Source: Xanthobacteraceae bacterium
GTDB lineage: Bacteria; Pseudomonadota; Alphaproteobacteria; Rhizobiales; Xanthobacteraceae
NCBI GenBank assembly: GCA_046714775.1
Contig: JBKKAF010000130.1
Coordinates: 1 to 52,311 of the forward strand
DNA length: 52,311 nucleotides
Direction: 5' to 3'
Shown: in pieces, positions 27,330-38,433 of the stretch
Position numbering within the stretch: position 1 is the stretch's first letter
How the letters are laid out: every line of letters starts with the position of its first letter
Translations under genes and position numbers: made by a program
The notes under the pieces: model-generated
The model's input: only the letters and a program-made list of their open reading frames with translations
Database searches by the model: none
What the model was told of the DNA's origin: nothing

Positions 27330-28217
27330 ATGGCGCTCTCGAGCATGACCGGCTTTGCGCGCGGCCACGGCGTCAGCGGCACCTACGCCTGGTCGTGGGA
27401 ATTGAAATCCGTCAATGCCAAGGGGCTCGATCTGCGGCTGCGTCTGCCGCCGGGCTGGGACGCCGTCGAGGCGCCGGCGCGCAGCCGCGCCGCCGAAATT
27501 CTGTCGCGCGGCACGGTGCAGGCCTCGCTGACGGTCGAGCGTGAAGGCGTGGCTCCGGTGGTGCGGATCAACGAGCCGGTACTGGCCGCCGTGCTCGACA
27601 CTTTTCGCGGGCTTGCCGGCCGGGTGCAGGCCGCGCCGCCGACACTCGACGGTATCCTCGCGCTGAAAGGCGTGATCGAGGTCAGCGACCAGGATGAAAA
27701 TGAGGATGAGCGGAAGGCTGGGGAGGCTGCAGTGGTCGCGGGCTTTGCGCAGGCGCTCGACGGCTTGGCGACCATGCGCCGGCACGAGGGCGAGGCGCTC
27801 GGCCGCGTGCTGACGGTGCGTCTGGGCGAGATCGCGGCGCTTGCCGCGCGCGCGGACGCCGCGCCCGGCCGCCGCCCCGAGGCGATCAAGGCGCGGATCG
27901 CCGAACAGGTGACCACTCTGCTGGCGACGTCGGAGCGTTTTGACGCCGACCGGCTACACCAGGAGGCCCTCCTGATCGCCACCAAGGCCGACATCCGCGA
28001 GGAGCTCGACCGGCTGGCGGCGCATGTCGCGCAGGCGGGGAAACTGATCACTGGCGGCGGCGCGATCGGGCGGCGGCTCGATTTTCTGTCACAGGAGCTC
28101 AACCGCGAAGCCAATACCCTGTGCGCCAAATCGAACGACGTGGAATTGACCAATACCGGCCTGGAGCTGAAAAACGTGGTCGAGCAATTCCGCGAGCAGG
28201 TGCAGAACCTGGAATGA
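27330..28217 (+). CDS. YicC/YloC-family stress-induced protein
   Basis: N-terminal SMTGFARG...W(S)WELKSVN and C-terminal REANTL..K...ELK..VEQ.REQVQN(L)E signature. The yicC-gmk gene order is conserved. Confidence 0.85.
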   Translation: MALSSMTGFARGHGVSGTYAWSWELKSVNAKGLDLRLRLPPGWDAVEAPARSRAAEILSRGTVQASLTVEREGVAPVVRINEPVLAAVLDTFRGLAGRVQAAPPTLDGILALKGVIEVSDQDENEDERKAGEAAVVAGFAQALDGLATMRRHEGEALGRVLTVRLGEIAALAARADAAPGRRPEAIKARIAEQVTTLLATSERFDADRLHQEALLIATKADIREELDRLAAHVAQAGKLITGGGAIGRRLDFLSQELNREANTLCAKSNDVELTNTGLELKNVVEQFREQVQNLE

Positions 28218-28221
28218 CGCA

Positions 28222-28884
28222 ATGACGGCGAAAGAGGAGCAGCCACCGGCCGACACGGCGATTGCGCGCCGCGGGCTGATGCTCGTGCTGTCGTCACCCT
28301 CAGGCGCGGGCAAGACCACGCTGTCGCGCCGGCTGCTCGATGCCGATCCGCAGGTGGCGCTCTCGATCTCGGTCACGACCCGCAAGCAAAGGCCTGGCGA
28401 GGTCGAGGGTCAGCATTACCACTTCGTCGATTCGGCAAAGTTCGACGCCATGGTGAAGAAAGGCGAGCTGCTGGAATCGGCGCAGGTGTTCGGGCACCAC
28501 TACGGGACGCCAGGCCGCGCGGTCGAGGAGGCGCTGGCGCGCGGTCGCGACGTGCTGTTCGATATCGACTGGCAGGGCACCCAGCAATTGCGCGAAAAGA
28601 TGCGGGGCGATCTGGTCAGCGTGTTCATCCTGCCGCCATCGACCTGGGAGCTCGAGCGGCGGCTGAAAAGCCGCGCGCAGGATCCTGACGAGGTTATCCA
28701 GTCGCGCATGGCCAAGGTGGTGGATGAGTTGAGCCATTGGGCGGAATACGACTACGTGGTGATCAACAACGATATCGAGCGCGCCTTCGCCGACGTGCGC
28801 GCGATCCTGGCGGCCGAGCGCCTCAAGCGCGAACGCCAGCCCGGGCTGTCGGCCTTCGTGCGCGGCCTGCAGGCGAAGATTTGA
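28222..28884 (+). CDS. gmk: guanylate kinase
   Basis: P-loop LSSPSGAGKTTL, then TTR..R.GE..G..Y.F. Confidence 0.93.
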   Translation: MTAKEEQPPADTAIARRGLMLVLSSPSGAGKTTLSRRLLDADPQVALSISVTTRKQRPGEVEGQHYHFVDSAKFDAMVKKGELLESAQVFGHHYGTPGRAVEEALARGRDVLFDIDWQGTQQLREKMRGDLVSVFILPPSTWELERRLKSRAQDPDEVIQSRMAKVVDELSHWAEYDYVVINNDIERAFADVRAILAAERLKRERQPGLSAFVRGLQAKI

Positions 28885-28924
28885 ATTAACGATTGAATCG
28901 GAGCGCGCTCGCGTCGGCGAATTG

Positions 28925-29770
28925 CTAGCCGCTCCCGGCAACAGCACGCGCCAGCGCGACAAAGCCGGCGACCGGAATGTCCTCGGCGCGCGCGGTCGGC
29001 TCGATGCCCGCGGCCGCGAGCAGCGGCAGCGGATCGACCCCGAGCGATTTCAGGCTCTGACGCAGCATCTTGCGGCGCTGCCCGAAAGCGGCTGCGGTCA
29101 CGCGCTGCAGCACATCAGGGTCGCATGCCAGCGGTTGCGTACGCGGGACGAGCTCGACCAGTGATGAGGTGACCTTGGGGGGCGGAACGAAGGCCGACGC
29201 CGCAATGTCAAACAGGATGCGCGCCTCGGCGCGCCACCCGGTCAGCACGGACAAGCGTCCGTAGACCTTGGAGCCGGGCGCGGCGACCAGACGCTCGGCC
29301 ACCTCGCGCTGAAACATCAGCACCAGACGGTCATACCACGGCGGCCAGGGCTCAAGCGTGAGCCAACCGACCAGCAGCGCGGTGGCGACGTTGTAGGGCA
29401 GGTTGGCGACGATGCGCGCCGGACCGTCATCCAGATGCGCGCGCAGATCGACCGCAAGTGCGTCGCCGGAAACGACGTCGAGACACCCCGGGTAGCGCGC
29501 GGCGATGTCGCCCAGCGCCGCCAGCGCGCGTTCGTCGCGTTCGACCGCGATGACCCGCTTGGCGCCTTGCGCGAGCAGCGCCCGCGTCAACCCGCCCGGG
29601 CCGGGACCGATCTCGATCACGTTGACGCCCGCAAGCGGGCCCGCGGCCCGCGCAATGCGGCTGGTAAGATTGAGATCGAGCAGGAAATTCTGGCCGAGCG
29701 ATTTTTTCGCGCGCAGCCCGTAGCGGCCAATCACCTCGCGCAGCGGCGGAAGGTCGTCGATCGCGCTCAT
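28925..29770 (-). CDS. rsmA: 16S rRNA (adenine1518/1519-N6)-dimethyltransferase
   Basis: [13 protein letters not shown] motif [17 protein letters not shown]. The ATG overlaps the pdxA stop (ATGA). Confidence 0.92.
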   Translation of the reverse strand: MSAIDDLPPLREVIGRYGLRAKKSLGQNFLLDLNLTSRIARAAGPLAGVNVIEIGPGPGGLTRALLAQGAKRVIAVERDERALAALGDIAARYPGCLDVVSGDALAVDLRAHLDDGPARIVANLPYNVATALLVGWLTLEPWPPWYDRLVLMFQREVAERLVAAPGSKVYGRLSVLTGWRAEARILFDIAASAFVPPPKVTSSLVELVPRTQPLACDPDVLQRVTAAAFGQRRKMLRQSLKSLGVDPLPLLAAAGIEPTARAEDIPVAGFVALARAVAGSG

Positions 29771-30807
29771 GCGCGCAGCGCGCGCGGCTGCGGCTCGGTT
29801 TTGGCGGCAAGCCGGGCGGCGAGCTTGATCGCGGCGATCAGGCTCGATGGGTCAGCGCGTCCGCTGCCGGCGATGTCGAAGGCGGTGCCGTGATCGGGCG
29901 AGGTGCGCACGAATGGCAGGCCGAGCGTGACATTGACCGCGTGGTCGAACGCCAGCGTCTTGATCGGGATCAGCGCCTGGTCGTGATACATCGCCAGCGC
30001 GACATCGTAGGTGGCGCGCGCGGCAGCGTGAAACAGCGAGTCGGCGGGCAGCGGGCCGCGCGCGTCAATGCCTTCCGCTCGCAGGCGCTCGACTGCCGGG
30101 TGGACGATGGCGAGATCCTCCTCGCCGAGCGCGCCTTGCTCGCCGGCATGCGGGTTGAGGCCCGCGACGGCGAGCCGCGGGCACGCGATGCCGAAACGGG
30201 AGGTCAGATCGCGCGCGACAATCCGAGCGGTGCTGACCACCAGGTCCGCGGTCAGCACCTTGGGAACGTCCTTTAAGGGCAGGTGGATAGTGACGGGAAC
30301 CACCGCCAGTTCCGGCGACCACAGCATCATGACCGGTTGCACCGGCACGCCGGTCTGCTCGCTCGCGAGCTTGGCGAGATATTCGGTGTGGCCGGGCTCG
30401 GCGAAGCCCGATTGATAGAGCACGTTCTTCGCCACCGGATTGGTCACCATCGCCGACGCCATGCCGGCCATGACATCGGCCACGGCGCGGCGGATGGCGG
30501 CGATCGCCGCCGGCGCGCTCGATCCGTCGGGGTGTCCGGGCTCGGCGCTCACCGTGATACCGATATCGACCACCGGCAGCGCGGTCGTGAATGCCGCCGT
30601 CGCCGCAGCCGGCTCGACCACGACCATTGGCAGATCTAGCGCGAGCCGATGAGCACGCCGCCGCAGCTGTTCCGGATCGGCCAGGATGTAAAACGGAGCA
30701 AGATCGAGTTCGGCGCGCTGCCGCCATGCGGCAAAGGCGATGTCGGGACCGATCCCTGCCGGCTCGCCCAGTGTCAGCGCCAAGGGCAGGGACATGGGCA
30801 GGGACAT
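29767..30807 (-). CDS. pdxA: 4-hydroxythreonine-4-phosphate dehydrogenase
   Basis: [33 protein letters not shown]. Candidate starts are TTG 30813, ATG 30807 and ATG 30795, within a duplicated 12-bp unit. Confidence 0.9.
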   Translation of the reverse strand: MSLPMSLPLALTLGEPAGIGPDIAFAAWRQRAELDLAPFYILADPEQLRRRAHRLALDLPMVVVEPAAATAAFTTALPVVDIGITVSAEPGHPDGSSAPAAIAAIRRAVADVMAGMASAMVTNPVAKNVLYQSGFAEPGHTEYLAKLASEQTGVPVQPVMMLWSPELAVVPVTIHLPLKDVPKVLTADLVVSTARIVARDLTSRFGIACPRLAVAGLNPHAGEQGALGEEDLAIVHPAVERLRAEGIDARGPLPADSLFHAAARATYDVALAMYHDQALIPIKTLAFDHAVNVTLGLPFVRTSPDHGTAFDIAGSGRADPSSLIAAIKLAARLAAKTEPQPRALRA

Positions 30808-30816
30808 CGACAACGC

Positions 30817-31785
30817 CTATTTGTATTCGATCAAGGCGCTGGCTCGAATCTGCCGCAGATAGCGGGTTGATATTTCCTCGTACCGCTTGGCAAACATAGC
30901 GTCGCGCACTTGACGCCTGCCCGGCGTGTCGGCCTTGGACTCGCTTTTGGCGCAGATCGCAAACATCTCGATGCCGTGCCGGGTGAGGTCGGGCGAGGTC
31001 AATGTGCCGACTGGAACAGTGTCGAGCACCTTGCGAAGCTCGGGTGAAAGGTCGGCGGAGTTGCGGACGATCTGGTCGCGCACCGCGACGTCGCGAAGCC
31101 CGCGCGCCTGCGCGATGCCCTCGTCGCAGCCCTTGAACCGCCCACGCAACGCCTCGGCATCCCGGCGCCGCGCCTGGATCACCCCCTCTGGCGACCCGGG
31201 AGGCACCAGAAACAGAATGGGACGCATCGTATACTCGAAGGCGACCACGTCCTTTTCGTCCGGTTTTTGTTCCAAGCCGGTTTGCACTTCCTTTTCGCTG
31301 ATCTGCAAGCTGGACTGATAACGCCCGCGCACCAGTTGCTGCCAGGCGCTATCGGCCTTGAGCCGGGCCTTGAGGGTATTGGCGTTGACGCCGCTCTTGG
31401 CCAGGTTTTGGGTCAGTTGAGCGGGCGTAACCCGCATCCGGTTGCTGATCCCGGCATAAGCGCTTTCGACGTCGGCGTCGGAAATGTCGATCCCCCAGCG
31501 CTTGGCTTCCCGCAATTTCAGGATTTCGTTGATCAGCTCGTCAAGCACGGCCTGCCGCGCCGGAGTCTTCTGGGTCGACAACTGTTCGAATTTCGAGCGC
31601 TGCTCGATATCGTGCTGGGTAATGGGCTGACCGTAGACCAGGGCGACGACTTGCGCGACCGCAGCGTTCGGTGTCATGGCCACCGGCAGGAGCACGGCCG
31701 CGGCGAAACCGAGGTTGCGGATACACCACTGCAAACGTCCGTTCATCGCCATCGCACTTTCAAGCAGGAGCCGCAGCCGCGTCAA
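30817..31785 (-). CDS. surA: SurA-like periplasmic chaperone (SurA N-terminal domain protein)
   Basis: Signal-like AAVLLPVAMTPNAAVAQ, SurA_N-like helical region, and position between lptD and pdxA. The start could be 31785 (overlaps the lptD stop by 4 nt) or the ATGs at 31752 or 31746. Confidence 0.75.
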   Translation of the reverse strand: MTRLRLLLESAMAMNGRLQWCIRNLGFAAAVLLPVAMTPNAAVAQVVALVYGQPITQHDIEQRSKFEQLSTQKTPARQAVLDELINEILKLREAKRWGIDISDADVESAYAGISNRMRVTPAQLTQNLAKSGVNANTLKARLKADSAWQQLVRGRYQSSLQISEKEVQTGLEQKPDEKDVVAFEYTMRPILFLVPPGSPEGVIQARRRDAEALRGRFKGCDEGIAQARGLRDVAVRDQIVRNSADLSPELRKVLDTVPVGTLTSPDLTRHGIEMFAICAKSESKADTPGRRQVRDAMFAKRYEEISTRYLRQIRASALIEYK

Positions 31786-34295
31786 CGCGTGCCGGTCAAC
31801 CCCGGAACGCCGCTCTGTAGCACGTTGGTGTTCTGTCCCACCGCAGTTCCGCCGAGCGTGCGCAAGCTCACCTGCAACAAGACGGTATGGTTGGCCGCCG
31901 TGCTGCCGCTATACGAATAGTCTGTGATGTAATTCATGGCCACGATGAGGCAGTCATCGACATAGCCGACGCCGATCTGGGTCTGGCTGAACTTTTCGGC
32001 CCGCATGTCGTAGCGCGCGGCCCCCAGCAGCAGCCAGTTCGGACTGACCTTCAGGCGGCCGGTGCCCAGGATGCCCTCGCGGGCATGCAGGAAGCCGAGC
32101 GCAGGCTGCGCGGCATAGTTTCCGTACATGATGGTCGTGGTCCAACGGTCGAAATTGGCGGTCGTTTCAAGCTCGGTCCGCTGCAGTGTGAAATCGTTTT
32201 CCGCAAAGCGGAACCGGGATGTGAACATGAAAGTCGAGTTCGGCTGATACGAGGCCCGAGCCACGTAATCCGAACGGGTGGTGTCGAGACCGCTATTGAG
32301 TCCGGTATTGGTGACGTCACCGACACTGAACGAGTTCTGTCCGAAAAGATGGTAGGATTGTCCGAACAGGACATTGACGAAGCCGCCACGATTGAATTGC
32401 GCGGTGTATTGCAGGCCGGCATTCAACCGGCTGCCGCCTTCGACGCGGTCCCAGCCGGAAAACTTGTTGACGCGAAACAGATTGCTGTCGTCGAAAATCA
32501 ACGACTGGGCGTCCTCGTTCGGCAGCCGGCCGATGCCGGTTTCGTCCGGACGGAGGATCAGTTGCGCAATCGGCTCGAGAGTCTGCGTACCCCACGATTG
32601 GACGCTGATAAACGGATAGCGATACTCGACCCCGACAGTCGGCATGAAGCGGGCCACATCGCTGTTGCCGGTATTCAAATAATTGGAAACGCCCGGATCG
32701 GAAGCGGTCTGCAGGCTGGCGAAATCGCCGCGCAGCGACACGAATGGCGTGAACACCTGACCATAATCATCGATCAGCGTGCGCCGCCAGCTCGCCTCGT
32801 GGGAGAGACGCGTATAGGTGCCGGGAACGCCACGCAGCAGACAGTTGCTGATATTCCTGGCCGGATCGGGCGTGTTGGTGCCGCAGACGCCGCTTGAGAT
32901 CGCCGCGATTGAGATCGCGTCGAAATTCGCGGCCCCGCGGCTCAAGCTGGTCAGGTTGCTGCGGAAACTGAGCTCGCCGCCCACGACCGGCTGGCCGAGC
33001 GTGTAGTCATGGTCGATGACCGGGTGAACGATCGGGATCTGGCGTTGCGTGTCGGCTGACGAGAAGCCCTGGAAATAAAGCGTGCGCGCATCGAAATAGC
33101 TGCGTTCGCCGCGCCCGACGATATAGAGTTGCGAGAGCACGTAGTCCGGGTTCGACTTGAAAAGATTATTGGACTGAACGCTCTTGTACAGCCCGTAATC
33201 GTGAAGGAATGTTTTGTCCGACACCAATGTGCCGTCCCATCCCCACACCCACTTGTCGGTCAGGCTGAACTGGCCCGATGTTTCGATGCTGCCGCGCCAG
33301 TCACGGTAACCGGGCAAATTACCCGAGTTGAGGAAATAGTCCTTGTCGAGCTGGAAAATACCGGCGCCGCGGATGTAGTAGGAACCGTTGATGAGACGCT
33401 GGCGCCATTCGACCTTCGGCAAAACGCCCTGTCGCGACGTCAGCATCGGGCTGAAGGTCACGTCGTAGTCGGGAGCGAGCGCCCAGTAGTAAGGAATCTC
33501 GACGCCGGCGCCGTAGACCGAGCTCGAGCTGAACGTGGGGATCAAAAAACCGGTCTTGCGTTGCACGGTCGGATCGGGCGCCGAAAAGTACGGCACATAG
33601 GCCAGCGGCACGCCGAAGAATTCCAGTCGTGCATCCTCGAAATAGATCATTTTCTCGCCCTCATCATGGATGATGCGGGCGGCCTTGACCTGCCATTTCG
33701 GCGGTTTGCTGGGATCGTCCTTGCAGGCCTCGCAGGCGGTATAGACGCCGCTTTGAAAAACCGTGAAGTTTCCGCTCGTGCGTTCGGCGCGGCGAGAGGC
33801 GAAGCGGGTTTGCTCAGGCCCGTCGAGGCGCAACGAATCGACGAAGCCGTCGCGGAAGTCGTCGCTCAGATCGATGATCTCGCCGTAGGTGACTTTGCCG
33901 TCGGGCTCGGAAAACCGGACATTGCCGGACGCGTAAATACGCTTGGTCTTCTGGTCGTAAATGACTCGGTCGGCCTCGAGCGTCGCGCCTCCGTGATAGA
34001 TCTGCACATTGCCGACGGCAGATACCCGGTTATTGACATAGTCGTAATTGATCTCGCCGGCGCGCACGAGCATCTGTTCCTGCGCGCCTGTCCGCTTGGC
34101 GTCGAACAAGCTGCCGCTGCGTTTGGCTTTTGGCGGCTGCGGGCGTTTCGGGAAGGTGATGAATTCCTGGGCGCTGGATGGCGATACATCGATCCAGCCG
34201 ACAGCGGCGACGGCGAGCGCAGCCGCAATAACGGTCGCGCTCCGCCATGTCCGGCGGCTGGATAGGATCGGGCGAGCGCCGGAAAGCCGCGCCAT
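31782..34295 (-). CDS. lptD: LPS-assembly outer-membrane protein LptD
   Basis: 837 aa with signal peptide, an OstA-like N-terminal domain and a large beta-barrel-type C-terminus. The ATG shares one base with the lptG TAA (TAATG). Confidence 0.92.
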   Translation of the reverse strand: MARLSGARPILSSRRTWRSATVIAAALAVAAVGWIDVSPSSAQEFITFPKRPQPPKAKRSGSLFDAKRTGAQEQMLVRAGEINYDYVNNRVSAVGNVQIYHGGATLEADRVIYDQKTKRIYASGNVRFSEPDGKVTYGEIIDLSDDFRDGFVDSLRLDGPEQTRFASRRAERTSGNFTVFQSGVYTACEACKDDPSKPPKWQVKAARIIHDEGEKMIYFEDARLEFFGVPLAYVPYFSAPDPTVQRKTGFLIPTFSSSSVYGAGVEIPYYWALAPDYDVTFSPMLTSRQGVLPKVEWRQRLINGSYYIRGAGIFQLDKDYFLNSGNLPGYRDWRGSIETSGQFSLTDKWVWGWDGTLVSDKTFLHDYGLYKSVQSNNLFKSNPDYVLSQLYIVGRGERSYFDARTLYFQGFSSADTQRQIPIVHPVIDHDYTLGQPVVGGELSFRSNLTSLSRGAANFDAISIAAISSGVCGTNTPDPARNISNCLLRGVPGTYTRLSHEASWRRTLIDDYGQVFTPFVSLRGDFASLQTASDPGVSNYLNTGNSDVARFMPTVGVEYRYPFISVQSWGTQTLEPIAQLILRPDETGIGRLPNEDAQSLIFDDSNLFRVNKFSGWDRVEGGSRLNAGLQYTAQFNRGGFVNVLFGQSYHLFGQNSFSVGDVTNTGLNSGLDTTRSDYVARASYQPNSTFMFTSRFRFAENDFTLQRTELETTANFDRWTTTIMYGNYAAQPALGFLHAREGILGTGRLKVSPNWLLLGAARYDMRAEKFSQTQIGVGYVDDCLIVAMNYITDYSYSGSTAANHTVLLQVSLRTLGGTAVGQNTNVLQSGVPGLTGTR

Positions 34296-35383
34296 TACCC
34301 GTCCTCCTGGTACAGCAACGTAATCAACCCCGTCAGTCCACCAGCAAACGCAGGAAGCCCGGCTGCTGCCATGGGATGCAGCAGCCCGGCCTTGCTCAAA
34401 TCCCCAGTAACTTTGGACAATACATAAAGCAGAAAGCCCCCGGCGATGCCACCTAAAACCAACTTTTGGACGCCGCCAAAGCGGAAGAACCGTAAACTCA
34501 CCGCGGCGGCAAGAAGAACCATGGCAGCCAAATAGAAAGGCTGCAATAAAAGTTGGTAATATTGCAGCCGATAGCCGCCGGCACTAAGGCCGGCATCCTC
34601 CGCCAAGCGAATATGTGACGACAATTGCCAGAACGGCACGGTTTCCGGGGTGTCAAAGCTTTCCTGGATTTGCGCCGGCGTCAGATTGGTCTTGAGGTTA
34701 TAGATGTCGTGATCCTCGGCCGGCCGGCCCTCGGCATAAGCGCGGGCCTCTTGCAGCTGCCAGAATCCGGGAACCAGGGTGGCGCTTTTGGCCTCGATTC
34801 GATCGCGGAACTGACCGGCTTGATCGAAGCGGAAAACACTGACGCCGGCCAGCTCAGCACCGCGCCCGCGGCTGCTCTTGGCGTTGATGATGGCCTGGCC
34901 GTCCTCGGCGCGCTGGCGCACCCAGAATCCCCCTCTGGAGTCCCGGAAGCTGCTGTCGATGCCGAACAGTTGCGCTTCGAGCCGCACGGATTGTTCGCGC
35001 AAGGCCGCGGAAAGCGGATTGTACAGCGTGGTGGTGGCCACGCCGATCAGCAGAGCGATGACGACCGCCGGCGCAACGAATTGCCAGGCCGATATGCCGG
35101 CGGCCCGTGCCACCACCAGCTCCAGTCGGCGAGACAGGTTCAGATAACAGGAGATCGCCCCGACCAGCACGGCGAACGGCATGACCCGCTCCGCGATGAA
35201 CGGCACGCGAAAGAACGTGATCTTGGCGACGAACAGAGCCGACACGTCTTTCATGTCCCCGGTGCGGCGTAACATCTCGATGAAATCGACCATCGCGATC
35301 AGCACCAGGGATCCGCCGAACACGGCCATGACGGCGTTGAAAAAGCGCAATCCAAAATACCGGGAGAGGGTGCCGCCGATCAT
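34295..35383 (-). CDS. lptG: LPS export ABC transporter permease LptG
   Basis: YjgP/YjgQ-family permease. Start set at ATG 35383 (MIGGTLSRYFGLRFF), forming an ATGA overlap with the lptF stop. Confidence 0.9.
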   Translation of the reverse strand: MIGGTLSRYFGLRFFNAVMAVFGGSLVLIAMVDFIEMLRRTGDMKDVSALFVAKITFFRVPFIAERVMPFAVLVGAISCYLNLSRRLELVVARAAGISAWQFVAPAVVIALLIGVATTTLYNPLSAALREQSVRLEAQLFGIDSSFRDSRGGFWVRQRAEDGQAIINAKSSRGRGAELAGVSVFRFDQAGQFRDRIEAKSATLVPGFWQLQEARAYAEGRPAEDHDIYNLKTNLTPAQIQESFDTPETVPFWQLSSHIRLAEDAGLSAGGYRLQYYQLLLQPFYLAAMVLLAAAVSLRFFRFGGVQKLVLGGIAGGFLLYVLSKVTGDLSKAGLLHPMAAAGLPAFAGGLTGLITLLYQEDG

Positions 35384-36555
35384 CGTGCCGGCCCCAATGC
35401 AGTGACATAGCGTTGCTTCAGTTGCTCCAGCAGCGCGGTAATCGCGTTGTTGATGAAGGCCGGCGGTTCGATAATGACGCCGCGTGAGATTGCCCAAAAA
35501 CTCAGGACGAATGCTGCGAGCAGCGCAAGATAAGGCACGATCAACAGGATCGGCATGTGCGGGCCGGCGACCGTGCCGACGAAGCCCAGTCCGCGCAGCA
35601 GCGCCACGACCGCGATCGCGCCGACGAGCGACATGGCTCTGCTTTGCCGGGTGGTGCGCGGCGCGCCGAGATAGGCGAACGTCACCAGGACCAAAGCGAG
35701 CGGGTAGAATGGCGCGGTAATGCGATCATGAAGTTCGGCACGGACCTGATCGGGGCGGTCGCTGAACTGCGGATCGTCGGCGACAGGATTGATCAGCTCC
35801 CACAGGTAACGCTCGCGCACCGAATAACGGACGCTCGTTGGGCCCGCCGTCAGACGCGATAAATCGAAAGCATTGCGGTCAAATTCGACGATGTGTGGAT
35901 CGCGCTGTCCGACCTCCTGACGCTGCACGCTGCCGTTCTCAAGCAACAGGAACGTGCCGTGCTCGTTCTTCAGGATGTTGCCGTACTCGGCGAGAATGGT
36001 CATCCGCTCACGCGGGTTGCGCTGATCGTCGACGAAGACTCCGACCAGCTGTCCGTTCGGCCGCCGCGCCTGCATGTGCAAAGTGAGCCTGCCGGACAGC
36101 ACGGTAAAGCGCCCGGGTTGCGCGACGTTGGTCACGAGGTCGGCCCGAACGTGGGCGGCCCAGCTGCGCAATTCACGCAGACATTTGGGTGAGATATATA
36201 CGCTGATCGCCGCGACCATGAGCGAGACCACGATGGCGACCGCGAGGAACGGGCGGAATACGTGCCAGGGCGGTAATCCGGCCGCATTGATGACGATCAG
36301 TTCGGAATCGTTGCTGAGCTTGATGAGCACGTGGGCGACCGCGATCATCAGCGCGATCGGAGCGATGATTAGAACCAGCAGCGGAATGATCAGGCCGGTG
36401 ATGCCGACGAAGACCAGAATGGTCTGGCCCTGGTTGGTCATCAGGTCGATGTCGCGCAGCGCCTGGGTGATCCACATGAGCGCGGTCACGCTGATGAGCA
36501 CCACCAAGAACGCACCGAATGTGGTGCGGAAAATGTAACGCCCGATCGACCCCAT
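35380..36555 (-). CDS. lptF: LPS export ABC transporter permease LptF
   Basis: YjgP/YjgQ-family permease. Start set at ATG 36555 (MGSIGRYIFRTTFGAF). Confidence 0.9.
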   Translation of the reverse strand: MGSIGRYIFRTTFGAFLVVLISVTALMWITQALRDIDLMTNQGQTILVFVGITGLIIPLLVLIIAPIALMIAVAHVLIKLSNDSELIVINAAGLPPWHVFRPFLAVAIVVSLMVAAISVYISPKCLRELRSWAAHVRADLVTNVAQPGRFTVLSGRLTLHMQARRPNGQLVGVFVDDQRNPRERMTILAEYGNILKNEHGTFLLLENGSVQRQEVGQRDPHIVEFDRNAFDLSRLTAGPTSVRYSVRERYLWELINPVADDPQFSDRPDQVRAELHDRITAPFYPLALVLVTFAYLGAPRTTRQSRAMSLVGAIAVVALLRGLGFVGTVAGPHMPILLIVPYLALLAAFVLSFWAISRGVIIEPPAFINNAITALLEQLKQRYVTALGPAR

Positions 36556-36900
36556 TCGCGCGCGTCGTCCCCGATTTCGGCATTCACTGGCTGTACCGGG
36601 CCCGCCCTTGCCTGTGATGGCACGACCAACGGCAAACCACCCCACCCCTGGAGCATTCACGTGATCGGGCAACAAAATGGCCTCGCCAAGGCAAACCCTT
36701 TGAGTATGCACAACAAAACCTTAAGCCGGCGGAGGCGAGCGCCGGGCGCAGGGAACCGATCCACGCCCCGGAACGGCGGCTGCCACATAGCACTTTGCGC
36801 CGCTCACTAAGCCGGGCATATGTTGGCCGGGCCGGAGCCGTCGTTTCCCTGTTCTATTGCGGCAATCCGCCGATCCCGTTCCAAGAATGAGCCGTTTTCC

Positions 36901-38394
36901 ATGCCGGGCGCCCCAAAACTCGACTTTGCCCCGTTCGCCACCCCCGCCAAGGGTGTTCTCGTGGTGTTCTGTGAAGAGGGGCTGAAATGGGGTGGTGCCG
37001 CCCGCAAGCTGTTGGAGCCGAGCGGGGACCTGGTGGCACGGGCGGCCGCCGCCGAACGGTTCAAGGGCAAGAACGGGTCGGCGCTCGATATCGTGGCTCC
37101 GGCCGGCCTTGATGTTTCCCGGCTGGTCGTGGTCGGCGTCGGCAAGGCGCGCGATCTCAAGGCGCGGGACCTCGTCAAGCTCGGCGGCGCGGCCATGGGC
37201 AAGATTCCGCCGACCGCGGCCGAGGCCGTGATCGTTGCCGACCTTCCCGGCGCCATGAAGCCGGAGGCGGTGGCCGATGTCGGGTTGGGGGTGCGGCTGC
37301 GCGCCTACGCTTTCGATCGCTACAAGACCAAGCGCAAAGACGACGAGGAACGGGTTTCCAATCCGAAAGTCACGATCACTGCCGCCAATGTGCCTGCGGT
37401 GCGCAAGGCATTCGCCGCGCGCGCGGCGGTGGCCGATGGAGTGGCGCTCGCACGCGATTTGGTCAACGAGCCGGCGAACGTGCTCTATCCGGAGGAGTTT
37501 GCCCGTCGCGCCAGCAATCTGAAGAAGGTCGGCGTCGCGATCGAGGTGCTCGACGTGCCGGCGATGAAAAAGCTCGGCATGAATGCGCTGCTCGGCGTCG
37601 GGCAGGGCTCGGTCCGCGACAGCCGCCTTGTGGTCATGCGCTGGAATGGCGGCCGGCGTGGCGCGGAGCCGCTGGCGTTCATCGGCAAAGGCGTCTGCTT
37701 CGACACCGGCGGCATTTCAATCAAGCCCGCCGCCGGCATGGAGGACATGAAGGGCGACATGGCCGGCGCCGCCTGCGTCGTCGGCCTGATGCAGGCGCTG
37801 GCGGTTCGCAACGCCAAGGTCAATGTCATCGGCGCCATTGGTCTGGTCGAAAACATGCCGGACGGCCGCGCCCAGCGGCCCGGCGATATCGTCACCTCGA
37901 TGTCCGGGCAGACGGTCGAGGTCATCAATACCGACGCTGAAGGCCGTCTGGTGCTCGCCGACGTCCTCCACTACGTGGGCAAGCGCTTCAAGCCGAAATT
38001 CATGGTCGATCTTGCGACCCTCACCGGCGCCATCATCATCGCGCTCGGTCACGAGCATGCCGGTCTGTTTGCCAATGACGACAAACTTGCCGAGCGTTTG
38101 TTGAAGGCCGGGGAGACGACCGGCGAGAAGCTGTGGCGTATGCCGCTCAGCCCCGAATACGACAAGAAGATCGATTCGAAATTCGCCGACATGAAGAATG
38201 TCGGCGGTCGCGACGCCGGCGCGATCACGGCCGCGCAGTTTCTGCAACGTTTCGTCGATAAGACGCCGTGGGCGCATCTGGATATCGCAGGCACCGGCAT
38301 GGGCTCTCCGCAGTCCGAAATCAACAAGAGCTGGGCCTCGGGCTTCGGGGTGCGGCTGTTGGATCGCCTGGTGGCCGAGCACTACGAGCGCTGA
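36901..38394 (+). CDS. pepA: leucyl aminopeptidase (M17)
   Basis: M17 signature [12 protein letters not shown], with metal ligands in [10 protein letters not shown]...MKGDMAGAA. Start set at ATG 36901. Confidence 0.93.
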   Translation: MPGAPKLDFAPFATPAKGVLVVFCEEGLKWGGAARKLLEPSGDLVARAAAAERFKGKNGSALDIVAPAGLDVSRLVVVGVGKARDLKARDLVKLGGAAMGKIPPTAAEAVIVADLPGAMKPEAVADVGLGVRLRAYAFDRYKTKRKDDEERVSNPKVTITAANVPAVRKAFAARAAVADGVALARDLVNEPANVLYPEEFARRASNLKKVGVAIEVLDVPAMKKLGMNALLGVGQGSVRDSRLVVMRWNGGRRGAEPLAFIGKGVCFDTGGISIKPAAGMEDMKGDMAGAACVVGLMQALAVRNAKVNVIGAIGLVENMPDGRAQRPGDIVTSMSGQTVEVINTDAEGRLVLADVLHYVGKRFKPKFMVDLATLTGAIIIALGHEHAGLFANDDKLAERLLKAGETTGEKLWRMPLSPEYDKKIDSKFADMKNVGGRDAGAITAAQFLQRFVDKTPWAHLDIAGTGMGSPQSEINKSWASGFGVRLLDRLVAEHYER

Positions 38395-38433
38395 GCTTCC
38401 CACTGTGGCCACCTCTTGCATGAGCCGGCAGCG

